DNA of 64,000 bases, taken from positions 2,976,001-3,040,000 of the forward strand of contig OZ176056.1 in NCBI GenBank assembly GCA_964247055.1. The letters run 5' to 3'. Source of the stretch: Paragordius varius (taxonomy: Eukaryota; Animalia; Nematomorpha). The notes under the pieces were generated by a model that was not told the origin of the DNA, did not search any database, and saw only the letters and a program-made list of their open reading frames with translations. Both the position numbers and the translations under genes were made by a program. Below, one piece after another: positions 11,311 to 25,800 of the stretch; positions within the stretch are counted from its first letter, which is position 1; each line of letters starts with the position of its first letter.

Positions 11311-13566
11311 TAGGGTGACCAGACGTCCCACTTTTTCACGATTATATAAAAAAAATTTTTAAATAGATTTGAATATATTATAAATAATTGATTTTTTAGT
11401 CTTTATCATTAATTTTATTTAAAATCTATATCAATTTTAAATCAAAATTTTTTACTTTTAAATTAAAAATATTTATTTTTTTCGAATTTATATCATATGA
11501 TTATACACTTTGCTTCCTACTCCTACTGCCAACATTATCAAAAAGACAATACCACAAATCGGTAGCTTATACGTTAATCCAGAAAATTAAGGTGATATAA
11601 TATTTTTTTATAATATTATTAGTTTAAAAATATGAGTGCAAAAAGAGGTTGTAAAACAATTAATTAATGAAAGTTTTATCAAAACGAAGAATGAATCATT
11701 TGTTAAATGTTCTTTATGCGAGGGGGAATTTAGCACATGTCGGCAAGCATGATAATAAAAAGCCTATGGAAACACAAAAACACAAAAAATGTTTAGATAT
11801 GGCGGCATCATCTCACAAAATAAGCAATTTTTATCGAAAAACCGCTTTTGGAGAGGAAGAAAAGAATTTGGCACTAGCCGAAAGCGTTTTATCTTTTCAC
11901 GCCGTTAATCACAATCATTTCTTTAGATATATGGATTGACTTCACAAGTTTTTAGTACCTTATTCAATAAAAAATTTACATGTACCCAGGCTGAAGCCAT
12001 TGTATGCTATGTCCTTTCGCATGCATTTTCTGAAGTACAAAAAGATTTGCTAAAAATTAATTTCATATCTCTATACTCTGATGCATCAAATAAGGAAACA
12101 AAAATGTTTCCACTATAAGATATTTTGATCCGGAAACCGGAGTAATATATAAAATTTTAGATTTTATTTCTCTACCCGATGAAAACTCCAACTTCAAAAA
12201 TGAAAATTCTAGAAAAAAATAATTAAGATAAAATCATCTCATATTGCGCTGACAACACTACGAATTTTGGTGGAAAAGCAAGGAGGGGAACAAAAATTTT
12301 TTACATAAATTAGCAGATAATCTTAATCAAAACATTATAGGCGTTAGGTGTGCAGCGCATATAATACTCAACGCTATTCAAACAGCTGCTGATTTGTTAC
12401 CCCTAGATGTGGAAATGTAGTTAATCCTATTTTTATGTATATACGGTACGCGTTGAAACGCTTTAGGAATTCTGTGAAAATGCAGAAGTTCAATATCAAA
12501 AAATGCTTGGATATTGTAAAACTCGTTGGTTAACTCTTCTACCAGCTATCAAAAGAATTTTAAAAATGTATCCTTTAAAATCCTTTTTTTATCACAAGAC
12601 AAATGTCCAACAACTTTGGAAATTTTTTTGAAAGTGATTCTTCAAAAATATGGTTACAATTCCTACATAATCAAGCTTCTTTCTTTCAAAATGTTATTAA
12701 TTGATATAAGATGACAAAATTTCGACAATAGTAGCCAATGATGTTAGTAACCTAAAATTCCAATGTCAAGAAAGGTTAGAAAATAATTTATACCATTAAC
12801 CATTCGCAATATTTTAAATAATTTAGAAAAGCAAGGCTTAATAAATCGCCAATATATCCTGTACCATATAAAAATGTTTTATACAAACTGTAAAGATTAT
12901 TTGGAAAATTGGACGGTAAAATTAAATGAAATTCACTATTTTCATTGGATAACATTAAAACCATAATTTAATAGGTGCGATGTTCAAAAATCATTTGATT
13001 ACATCGGCATCTCCCAAAAATTACCAAAAAGTAATCTTACAGAAAATGATCTTTTTTTTCTGAAATATAATTAGTTAAAAAATGTAATAATGAAAAACTT
13101 AAATTATGGACAACAGAAAAAATACAGTAGAAAATAAATGGTTAGAAATATTTCATCTTTTGAAACAAACTATGTTCCTTACAATAATATCTTAAAAGTT
13201 GTGAAATTTGCACTATCTTTACCTGGTACCAACGCTGCTACTGAGCGCGTTTTTTCCACAGTAAATCAAGTGTGCACATCGGAAAAATTAAATATAAATG
13301 TTGAAACTTTAAAAGCCATTTTATCTCTCAAATATAATTTGACCATTTCTTGTGAAGACTTCTACAATATTTTAAAAAAGATGACATCCTGCTAAAAGGC
13401 ATTCAAATAAAAAATATACCAAAGAATAAAATATTTTTTTATATTTATAATGTATTAGTGTTATAAATAAATAAATATTGCAATAAATTTTTTGTATAAA
13501 AATTTTTGGTTGTACCCCCCCCCCCTTCTCAATTTCCCGCCTTTTCCTTAAAAACTGGTCACCTTA
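11311..13566 (+). mobile_element. hAT-Blackjack-type DNA transposon with decayed transposase
   Basis: TIRs TAGGGTGACCAG and CTGGTCACCTTA; perfect 8-bp TSD GATATATA. Transposase fragments VKCSLCEGEFS, FISLYSDASN, CAAHII, CKTRWLTLLPAIKRIL, ALSLPGTNAATERVFS. Confidence 0.92.
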
Positions 13567-13748
13567 GATATATATTGAATAGCTTCTTAAAAAATCGATG
13601 CTCCAAGTTTGCTGATTATACATAAATAGTTTTTGAATATAACAATATGTACTTTAATTACCTAAAATTTTTGATAAATCCGATAATCATAACAGGCCAT
13701 ACTAACCTCATATGTATGTGTTTTAACAAATTTATTTTTACTTTACAA

Positions 13749-15169
13749 ATGTAAGTGTTTAATAAATTATTTGCCTTTCAAAGGCTTGATGTATCCGACT
13801 ACCCCAATAATCCAATGATTGAAAAGAATGTGTTGTCAAGTGCTAGATTTTATGGCAAATCTATCATTTTTTCAATATTAATCTTATTTTAAAAAAATTG
13901 TTTTTTAAAAAATATAAAAAATATAGGTAATTTTTAATAAACCGAATTATATAAAAAATTTTATTCAAAAATACTTGATATTACTTATTTTGAGCTGAAA
14001 CCGAAAGGTAAAATTTCGTCAACGTGACATGTGTGAAATAATAAAACCAAAAATTAATACAAAATACACGGTTCTTTCTAATTCTATCGATGTTAGATGT
14101 AATTTAAATAAAAAATTATCTTTAATTTTACCCTTAAAATTAAATGAAGACGATATTTTGCAAAATTTGGTAAAATAAAAATGGCGTCGAAATAGTTTGA
14201 CATGGAACTTTTTTTTCAAAACAAAATTTTTTTCAAGATATTTTGGATATTTATAAAAAAAATTTAGAATGGAAGCGTAAATTTAAATTGGGACCGTTTT
14301 CTTCAGTAGTTTTTTTAAAAATATCAATTTTAATTTAGTCTGGGGTATTTCGATACCCCAATTTGAATCGAAGTGTTAAACTTTAATAATTGTACGAGGG
14401 TGAATTTGAATTGTACACAACTGATAACCATGTTTTGTGAATAACATGTGAAGAAAGTTTCAACTCGGTTTGCTCGATAGTCCAGATAATATAATGGACT
14501 CCTTCTATCATCGCATTCCAAGTAATAATATATATGCATATTTTTAGGGCCTTCTACAATTTATGCAAACAGACCCTATCACCCTTCAAGAACCCAATAT
14601 CCTAATGGACCTTATCACATAAGACCAATTATAAGACCTCAATCTGGTTATCATAGTTCATATGGAAATCAAAACCGTAACTTTGGTAATCATCGGTATC
14701 AATCCTCGAATCATTATTCAAGATATCCATTTGAGCCAAATAAACTTTTGTTAATGTCCACACTAGAATATGGGAATGATATCCCACCACTTCCTAATGA
14801 TGAACAACTTTACGAATCACCGGCTTGCAAAGCTCAATTATCTGCTGTTGGTATTAACTCAAATCAAAATAGCGTAACTTCGAATGAACGTTTGAGAATG
14901 AACATGCATAGAAATTATACACTTTCCAAATTACCAACTCGTTATAAGCGGGATCTTTTGGACACATCAAAGGTTTTGAATCTCCAATCTAATAACATTA
15001 CTCAAAATAATGAATCAATTGACAGTGATTTAGTTGACACGAATAATTGTGAGGCGATTAGTGATGCATCATTATCGTCTGCCGAAGCTGGTCAAATCAC
15101 AGACGAAAATGATGTTGAAATTTGCACGAACGGTAATTAATTTTTTAATAAAATATTTAATTTTAATAA

Positions 15170-15208
<39 letters not shown>

Positions 15209-18200
15209 GAATTTATTACTATGATTTGTCAAGAGTAAAAGATTAAAGTATATCATTTACAGTTAAAATTCACCCTTTAACAGTTCACGCCCTCAAACAA
15301 TTCAAATTCACCCTTAAACAATTCAAATTCCTAAAAATAAATCTGTTTTCCAATTAATATTACCCATTATTAATAAAATAGATCTTTATGGCATAGTTTA
15401 TGATTTTTCAGCATTATTTTAATTTAAAACAAAATTTAATATTTAAAAATATATTATATAAATTTCTAATTTTAATAAAACATATAATTTTTTTGAGGGT
15501 GAATTTGAATTGTTCAAGGGGAATCGAATTGTTTACGAATTGTAAATGGTGTATTTAGAGAAAATGTATTTTTAAAGCCCTAGCTACGATTGTTTAAGGT
15601 TCCAAAAGAGGGGATATATTTAATAAGAATTATTGAAATTTAATTAACAATTTTGTGATCTTTGTAAAACAACGATCGAAAATATATATTTTTTTAATAT
15701 AATTATTGTTCGGGTTTAAATTTTGATTTTTTAATTCGTTCCGGTCATAAAGGCACTGGATTACATCTAAAAAATAACAAAATTTTGATTAAAATTTCTA
15801 ATTTTATATATTAAAAAAGACGTTTTGTAGATATTCGATATTTTTTACAAACGGATTATGACAGGTCTCCATCGTTATTTATTTGATTCTAAAATAAATG
15901 TCGAATGTTTTTATATTCATTTTTTCCTTTACATAATTAACTTTAGCGGAGTAGATAAACAAAATGACTAATTTATAAACCAATGCGACTCAAAAAATTA
16001 TTTGTTTTGGACATTTCTGTTTTAAAAAACTATCGTTTTATTGCGTTGATTTTCTTTATTATTGATATTATCGATTAACATGTAGTTACCAGCTCAAACA
16101 AATCAGTCAATGAAACAAATCATTCAATTCATTCTATACAACCATCTCAAAATTCAACAACAGAAGCAAACAACCATTCATCAATACCAAAGCAAGATCA
16201 AGTTGTAAGAGCGACAAAACTCAAACATTCCCCCCAAAAATTGGGAAAAGCAGAGAAAGGACAACCCAAAAGCCCATATGTTTATGCCAGGGGAAATATA
16301 TTATCTCAACATTTCGCCTTACCTCAAATAACCGCACGTCGCAATAATAATAGAAGGAATAAAAAAGTTCCTAAAAAAGTTGAAAAATTTCCAACAACAT
16401 TACCAAAAACAGTTAATGCCATAAAAATAGATAATTTAACATCTTTTCATCATAATAGTATCTCAGAAGATGAATCTATCATTTCAGAATCTGAATCAAG
16501 TATTATAAGTTTAGAAAATGATTCAAAATTACAAGAAAATTGCACAAAAATGGATGAAAACTCAGTTGGGGAAATGACACAAAACGATAGTTTAAGCATA
16601 AATAATGATCCTATACATAGTATGTTGGAGGAAGCGGTTGATACGAGTCTCAAACCCTTGGAATATGAAAAAAGTGTTTTGAAAGGTAAATAACCCTTTA
16701 TAATCTTTTTTTCAGTTAAAAAATAATTTTAGAGTGTTTTTCAATTTTTTCTATCTATTTTTGTCACATTAATTATGTTTTTTGTTAACACTCCATTACA
16801 CTTTGGGTTAGTTTTATATCCCAGAGCAATTTGAAATTTACATATCTTAAAAAGTAATTAAGGTAACAAGCCAATAGCTTTTTTTAGTTTTTTAGGCACA
16901 TTATACATTTTTTTCAAATAAATGTAAAAATGTAAAAAATCCTCGTCTCAAACTTTTTTGCCGCCATTTTTTTCTTATAAGTTGTTTAATCGCTAATGCA
17001 ACAGGCAAATAAATGTATATTATGGTTGAAAAATGTAAATAATTGACTTTGAAAAGCTTTAGGCTACATTTACAAACTTGATTAATTTTGATTTTAATAT
17101 CGGCTTTTTATTTTATTGAAGCTGTCTCAATTTTAGGCTCTAGAAGTCACAAAACTTTAAAAAAATTGAGATTTTTTATCTAATACATGAGAACAATGTT
17201 TGATAATTATATTTTAACTAAAATAACTTTCAAAACTGTAGTTTATTTACTATGCTTTGGGATATAAAACTACCCCAAAATGTAAACCAGCAGCAGGATG
17301 CAAAAGTGAAAAGTAATGAAGTGTTCATAGTTTTATTCAAAACAACTTTTATACTTTGTTTAATTGGCCAAATTATAGTATTAGTAAGTTTACAGCTTTT
17401 TTCATTATCTTTTGCCTGCTTAGCTGCATATATATAAAGCAAAGGGAAATATTGTTGGCTTGTTTTTTTTACTATCTAATAATAATTCTCAGTGCTGTAT
17501 ATGCTATTTTGCAATATATTTTATAGTCTGCACCCCTATTTTTAATATTATAGCCCATATCTATTTTTTAAATGGTTAAAAGTCTTTAATTAACATGTCA
17601 GTATAGCCATGTATGATGTTTTTCCTTTTTATTAGTTACATTTTTTAAATTTATTGGAATAAATTTGCTACTCTCCAAATTAAATATGAAATTAATGTAA
17701 TAAAATTTTTTTTAAAGACAACAGACAATTAAATACGCTTAGAGCCATTAAAAATACTGTTATAGCTCCCTATAAATAGTGCTCGTTACAGTATAACGCC
17801 ATATTTATTCAAACAAATTTTTTTCTTTATAATTATTTAGGGTATTTTGACTTTTTGAACTTATTATTTTAATTTTTACTATAAAATACCATTTACAATT
17901 CAAATTCATGAACAATTCAAATATACTCTCGAAAACCTCTCACCCCTGAAAATGCAAATCACTCTAAATATAAATTGTGTTTTTGGGATAATATAACTCA
18001 TCATTAATATGGATTATATTTTTACGAGATAGATTATTATTTTTCAGAATTATATTAATTTTAAACATAATTTCATATATTAAAAATATGATATAAAGGT
18101 AATTTTTAATCTTAAATAATTTATTTGAGGGTGAGGTTAAATTTTTCAAAAGTGAATTTAAATTGTTTAAGAGAATATGACTGTATTGTTTGAGGGTGAA

Positions 18201-18256
18201 TTTGAATGGTTCAAGGGTAAATTTGAATTGTCCAAGGGTGAATTTGAACTGTAAAT

Positions 18257-18323
<67 letters not shown>

Positions 18324-18367
18324 TGAGGGTGAATACAAATTGTTCAAGGGTGAATTTGAACTGTAAA

Positions 18368-18423
<56 letters not shown>

Positions 18424-20529
18424 TATATCTTAGCGATTGAAAAAGATGAATTTGAAATCTTGCCTGATAAATGGATGGAAGTTACGCACAATAGTGGAAT
18501 GCCTTTATATTTTCATAGGACTTTACGGGTTTGTACCCTTTCACGTCCCTATTTTTTAGGGCGAGCTAGCGTTAGGGTATGTAATTTTAGTTTTTTTTTT
18601 GGTTGAAAATAAATGGTTTTAAAACCACGGATTTGAAAACCATAGATTTGCCTTTTAAACCAAAATTAAGGTTAAAAAATAACATATTTTGAATCATTTT
18701 TTTATATTTTATATAATATATAAAATTTCAGTCTATTTGAATATAAATAACTAAAAAAACGTACATTTTATCAATATATAATTCGCATTCTACTTTTTAG
18801 AAACATAGTATACCTATAGGGAGTGTCCCTTGTCTAGCTTATAAGCGATGGAAAAATCGACATATTAACCCGACTAATAAAATATGTACAAAAGCAACTC
18901 CTGAACCCATTTTAAATAAAAAAGATGATCAAAATATTTGGAATGATGTTACAATTCTATTGGACGATACACTCGATACAGTTTGTCTTGAAAGCGGTGA
19001 TAATATGCAGTAAAAAAAGTTTTTAAAATTATATAAATTGATTAAATAATATTCTTTAAAAGTATGTGACAAATTTCTTCATTAAGAAATTTAAGATTTT
19101 TAATGGTATCTATGGTTTTTGCATTGTTGAATTTGGAATAAAGGCGTAAATTAGTAATACACTTAATTTTAAAATTGATAATTGTAATCATATAGAGATA
19201 ATATAGAAAATTTTAAGGAATAAAAATAATTTTTTTGGAAAATATTAATTTTTTACTCTTTTTAGGTATTATATATTAACATATTAAAACATTTTTTTTG
19301 AAAAATTATACTATTTCTAGAAATGAAAACCATCAAAGTTTTAGTCAAGAACAAAATCATTTACCTTTGGTTGAAGTAGAATCTGTATCTGAGGCCACCC
19401 AAAAAAATTGGATAGGTAAGATTTTTAAATAAAGAATCTTTTTATAAGCTATTTTAAATTTTGCATTGTAAAATATTCTTTTTTGTATTGCATTGGGTTT
19501 ATTGAAAAACTTATCTTTTTGTTAAAAATAGTTGAAAATAATATACCATCTACAGTACAAATTCATATAATTAAAGTTTAATCTTAAAAAATATATAATT
19601 ATGAGGGTGAATTTGAATTGTTCGAGGGTGAATCCGAATTTTTTAAGGGTGGATATCAATTATTTAAGGGTGATATGGTTTTTTTGTAATGATATATCTA
19701 ATAAACAGTTTTGTTGATAAAAATATTTATAAAACATTTTTGCCGAAAATTTTGTTTAAAAAGAGAGTAGTGTATTCTCTGAATAGCACTGTTTACTAAT
19801 AAACTTAAAAATAGACTTAAAACCACTATCAATAATTACTTATTTTTAAATATTTAAATGTAGTTTTATAGTTTATGTGGAAATATATTGAATAATATAT
19901 GTTTAAAAATGAAATAATACAATAATTTCCCTTCCTATAATAATCAAAATTTTAAAAAAATATATAATTCTATTTCCTGATAACCCTGCATAATTCTTTA
20001 AAAAATTATAATTGAATTAACGTCTTGATTTTTCTCAAAAAATGATTATATCTGGTTTATTAAAGGGCGACAAACTTTAAATAATTAAGTATGCACTATT
20101 TTTTTTGAAATCACAATGTTACTTATTAGATACTAAATTCTGTGTATTTCATATTTTTAAATTCATTTACAAGATAAGTTTACTTTAGTTTTCACTTTCG
20201 AAAGAAATTTAAAGTTTTTATTTTTCAAATGTTATTTCTAATATTACAATATTAAATTATATTTTATATATAATATTTATATATATAGCACCGGCTACAT
20301 TGCGTTCATATTGTGAATCTTTGTTCGAATTCCAAACTATAACAGTTAGACGTTTTAAGTATACTTTATTTAATTTAAATATAAATCATTAATAATTAAA
20401 TATTTTAATTGGAAATTTTAGATTCACAACTTAAAATAATTTTGATAGCCATTTAAACCTTGTATTTTTTTAACTAAAATTTTACATTTCTTTTTATAAC
20501 ATAATTGTATATTATATAAATCATTACAA

Positions 20530-20567
<38 letters not shown>

Positions 20568-20915
20568 CAAAATATCTATACCTGATTGTAAATTTTGAAT
20601 ATTGTCTGAATAAAAAAAAATTGTCTTTTTATTTTTACCTTTAGTCCTTTATTTTTAAAATAATTTTTTGTTTCTATATAAACATTAATAATTTTTTAGA
20701 CCCTTAAATAGAATTTTTAATATGCACTAATATTTTTTTTTAATTTGTTACCCTTAATTAAAATCATTTTTATTTAATCATATTTTTATATTTTATTTAC
20801 AGAACCTGGGCTGATCGACGAAGACATTTGAAACGCCTTAAACGTGATCACAGACAAACTTTGGTATGAAAAATTTTTTTATTTAATAAATTATAAAAAA
20901 ATAATTCAAATTATT

Positions 20916-20956
<41 letters not shown>

Positions 20957-22761
20957 AATAATTTGGAATTATTTTATTTTAAATTTTTTATGAAAATTTT
21001 ATAATTTTCGGTTATTTATATACATCAGCCTCAATCAGCCAAGGTTGTTAAATGTAGCATTCCGGCTAAAAAACTGGATGGAAACATGGTCACTAAAAAG
21101 AAAAGTTATAAAAATTTTTAATTTAATTTATTTTTAATTTTTTAATTAGAAAATTTAAAAAATAAAGAGTAAAAGAATAATATTTTTAGTTTTAATGAAT
21201 TATATTTTTTTGATTTTGGATGTTTGATTGTAATCAGAATATAAAATTGAGTAGGTTATCAATATAACCCTTTATTCTCTATTTCACTCTTTATATTTTA
21301 GGTTTTTTATTAAAAAAGTATTAAAAATAGGATTTTTGTTATGAAAAAAAATTCTTTTATTTTTGCCAATATGAAAAATATTTTTTATATATTTAAGTTT
21401 AATTAATTTATTTATATACCATCTACACTTTAAATTCACCCCTAAACAATTCAAATTCACACTAAAATAAATTAGTTCTTTTTTAAGATTAAAAACTACC
21501 CTTATGTAATAATATTTTTAAAATATGAAATTCTGTTTAAAATTAATATAATGTTGAAAAAATAATAAACTATGTCGTAAAAATATATATCATATTAATG
21601 ATGAGTTATATTATCCCGAAAACACATATTTTAGTTTTAGGGTAAATATGAATTGTAAATGGTATACTAATTTTTAAATCGTTATATTAAAAGTCATTTT
21701 TATTTTTTTACCTTAGATTTTTTCTTTAATCCGGAGGATAAAACAGTGCTTAGCATTTTGCATGAATATGTTCAAAATGTCTTAAAGACGCAAGTTACCT
21801 ATGAATTTGTTAATGTTGGTAAGTCGTCTGTATTATAAAATTATTTGATTTTTAATAATTTTTTTAGTATTTTTTACAAATATTTATGATTATCGATTAT
21901 AAATGTAATTAAAAAAATTTTAAATTCAAATTTTTTGGTATATAATATGTTACAAACCTACACTTTAAACTAATAAAATGAAAAACCTGCCTGCTCTATA
22001 GAGTTAAATTAAATATATAAAGTTTAAGAGGTTTTTTTATTGTTAAAATACATCTTTTTATTATGAATAAAATATAGTAATTGTAATTAAGAGTATAAAA
22101 AAGAGCGCACGATTAGAGATTTACAGCAAATAAATTATAGAGTTTATGATTTTTTATAATAAAATAATGAATTTCATAATTAAAATCATTAATTAAATAA
22201 ATACAAAATTATAAATAGCTAAAAAAAGATAAAATTATATTATCAAAAACAGTTTGATTATTTTTGAAATGGATTAAATTATAGATAATGCCGCTACGCC
22301 ATTCAGTGCACGTTTAAGTATTCAAGGAGTAGAATATTCTGTCGGTTATGGATCCAATAAACGCAATGCTAAATTACATGCAGGTTATTAATTTTTTTTA
22401 AAATAAATTTGAATTTTTGAAGTACAAATTGGTAATTTTAAGTTATTTTTATTTGAATAATTGGAATGAAAATTAATTATTTGTTATTGTGTAATCTATA
22501 ATAACGGAAAAATATTTCTTTGTATATTTATATACATAATATACCGAGGCATACATATCATTACACAAATTCCCTTTTGCCCTTAAAAATCGAATAATTA
22601 ATTAATGTTTTGATATATAAATGCTTTCAAAAAAAATATATTAAACTTAAATTTATTCTTTATAAAGAAAGGGCTCTGCCCAACATTCTTTACATATTAT
22701 TCAAGAAATTTATAGATTAAAAATAGAATCAGATAAAAAATCATTATTTGTGAAATCACAT

Positions 22762-22847
<86 letters not shown>

Positions 22848-25800
22848 TTACCATTTACAGTTCAAATTCACCCTCGAACAATTCTAATCACCCTTGAACA
22901 ATTCAAATTCGCCCTGATAATAAATTGTGTGTTTTTAAACTAATATAACTCATTATTAATATGAAATATATCTTTGTCGCATAGTTTATTATTTTTTTCG
23001 TATTATTTTAATATAAAATAAATTATTATTTTTTAAAAATATATAAAAATATAGGTATTTTTAAATCTTAATAAAACATGTATTTTAATTGAGGGTGAAT
23101 TTGAATTGCTCAAGGGAGAATTTGAATTGTTCGAGGGTCAATTTGAATTGTAAATGGTATATATTATTTTATTGCTCTCTAGCTAAGCTTGCTTTGGCCA
23201 TTGTAAATCCTAAAATTGCAGAAATGTATGAGAAGGAAAAGGAAATGGTTGATTTTAAACGGCAAAACCTCAAACTTCAAAGTGAGCTAAAAACGCCAAG
23301 TCAAAAATTGGAATTAATCACGAAATTATCTAAACATTCACAATCATTACAATACAATAATGATCTATTATCTTCGCCTCCATCATCATCATTAAACTTG
23401 GAAAAAAATGTAATTCATATCTTTATATAGATTGTTTAAGATATAGTACAAAAGTTAATATACTAGACAACAAATTTTAACTTTTTTTAACTGCCATTCT
23501 TGTAAATCTAAAATTTATTTCATTAAAGTACATAATTAGTATATCTGAAAAGAAAATTGGTCTAGCATGGAAGAATTTTTTTATATTAGAGTTTATCGAT
23601 AATTTTTGGCCCCGATTTAACATTAAACTCGAAATTTCGAAAATTTAAAGTTTTAGATATGAAGCCATGTATTTTATATCATTTGAAAGAGCGCAAAAAA
23701 CTGAATCTTTTAAATGGTAGTAAGTCATTTAAATCAATCGGATGTAAAAGTTATTTGGATTTAAATGGTCGAAATTTTCAATCCTTAAATAAGTCAAGAA
23801 TTTTCACAGACAAACTAATTTGAAAAGCATATAAATTATTTTAATATAATTATTAGGGTTATATTAGTATTTAATTTAAGAAAAATGTTTGAAAAAGCTT
23901 TTGGATTGCTTTTTAAATAAAAATTATTATTATCATAAATATTTTACCTAGTGGATACTAAAATGCATAGTTATAACTGTAAATTTATTACATAATGGCT
24001 ATAAAAGATCAAAAATACCTTAAACTTTGTTTTTATCTTAAAAATTTCGAAATTATCAGCCTCGTAAAGAAAATAAATTAATATTGATGGGATGGTAATT
24101 TTTAAAAAACAAAAAACTTAAAAATGGCTGTTTTGAGTGACATAAAAGCATTTAAAAATGTTTAATCAAAAAAACTTTCTTGTGTTATCTTTTTTGGACA
24201 TTCATCTCCATCTAAACAAAGTTTGAGCTATTTTCATCCATTAGTTTTAAAAATATAATATTTAAAAAAAATGCTTTGAAATTATACGGAAAAAACATTA
24301 AAATATACAGACAAATATTTTTTTTTCAAAATACAACCATACTTTTTAAATCATGATTATTTTCAATATAACTAATTTTTTTGGTTGAAAATGTATTAAA
24401 TAGAGATATAAATGGGGAACCCCATCAATTTTATATTTTACAGTGATAGGTAAATATTTTATGTAAATAATATTATCGTTTAAAAAAGTATGGTCGTCTT
24501 TTAGAAAAAAATATTTGTCTTTATATTTTTACGTTTTGTCCGTATAATTCCAGATTTTACTGTAAATGGGTAATTAACATATTATTTTTTGTTATAAAAA
24601 AACCATACTTTTTGGTTCTTATTTTTATGATGTTTAATCATATAATTATAATTCTTAAATACCTTATTTAAGAGAGAACTTTAAAAAAGTTATAAACCAA
24701 TATAATTTACGTTATATATAAAACTATATTATTTATTCACTGATTTTTTTGTTGTTTCGTTTATATTTGATAATAATCGTTTAATACATTAAAAAAACTT
24801 AGTTTTTTACTTTAAATTCTTTCCATAATTTACTGTAAGTATTACAAAATTTTTCTTTTATTTCTATAATTAAATATGGTTAATATATCTTAATTAGGAC
24901 ACATGTAAAAAGAAAATATAAATTAATTTAACCATTATTTTCAAGGCTCAAAACGACATGAAAACTCAACAGAACCAAAATCTTACCTCAACTCCAAATT
25001 TAAAGGTTACCTCTCCAAACCAAAATATTCAATGTTGTCCAATAAAACGTTTGAGAGAAAAAAATGACATTACCCTGTGTAATAGTACAGAAAACATAAC
25101 AAAAAAATTTAAGGTTGATACTGTTTGCACGCCAAATAATAAGATTCATAACAATAATATAAATGAAAATTTCAACGTGAATAACACCAAATTCCTTAAA
25201 TCATCTCCTAAGAAACATGATATGGAGAAACAAAACAGTATATGTGACATTAATACTCAAAAATCGACTTTTTGTCACCAAAATTTGGACACTCCAATCA
25301 ATATGAAGTCCATCAAGATTGAATCTAACGCAAACGCAGTCAAGGATAATTTAAGTAGAATCGAAACTTTTACAAGGGATGAATGGAACATTTTCAATGA
25401 AATTGCCATCTGTGATGTACGTATAACGGAAATGTCTGTTAAAGCTGGTATTCCTACCCCCTACCCCATACTTTTGGAGTGTTTAAAACGGTAATTTGCA
25501 TCATATATTTTTCGTATTTATTGAATTTTTTTCAATATTTTTTAAAGTACCTTGGTCTTGATGGTTAACCTAAAAATTGGTGGTGTATGATTATAATTTT
25601 CTTAAAAGTTTGAAATTGGTGTAAATAATTTTAATTTTTTTAAAAGTTTGGTATGTTTGTTAAGCACATTTTAACTTTGTATATCTTTTAAAACTTTTTT
25701 TCAATATGATATTTTCAAGAATTATCGCATATGTCCTAGCAATTTGAATTATTTTTGAATATGTACCTATGATTTTTTCATATTAAATTAATTTTCTGTT

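Noticed and set aside
17964-18606. ORFs with IYIYIY runs (also 15034, 26944, 31105, 37289, 62313)
   Set aside because: Translations of stop-free (TA)n microsatellites. Only the true exon portions were kept.
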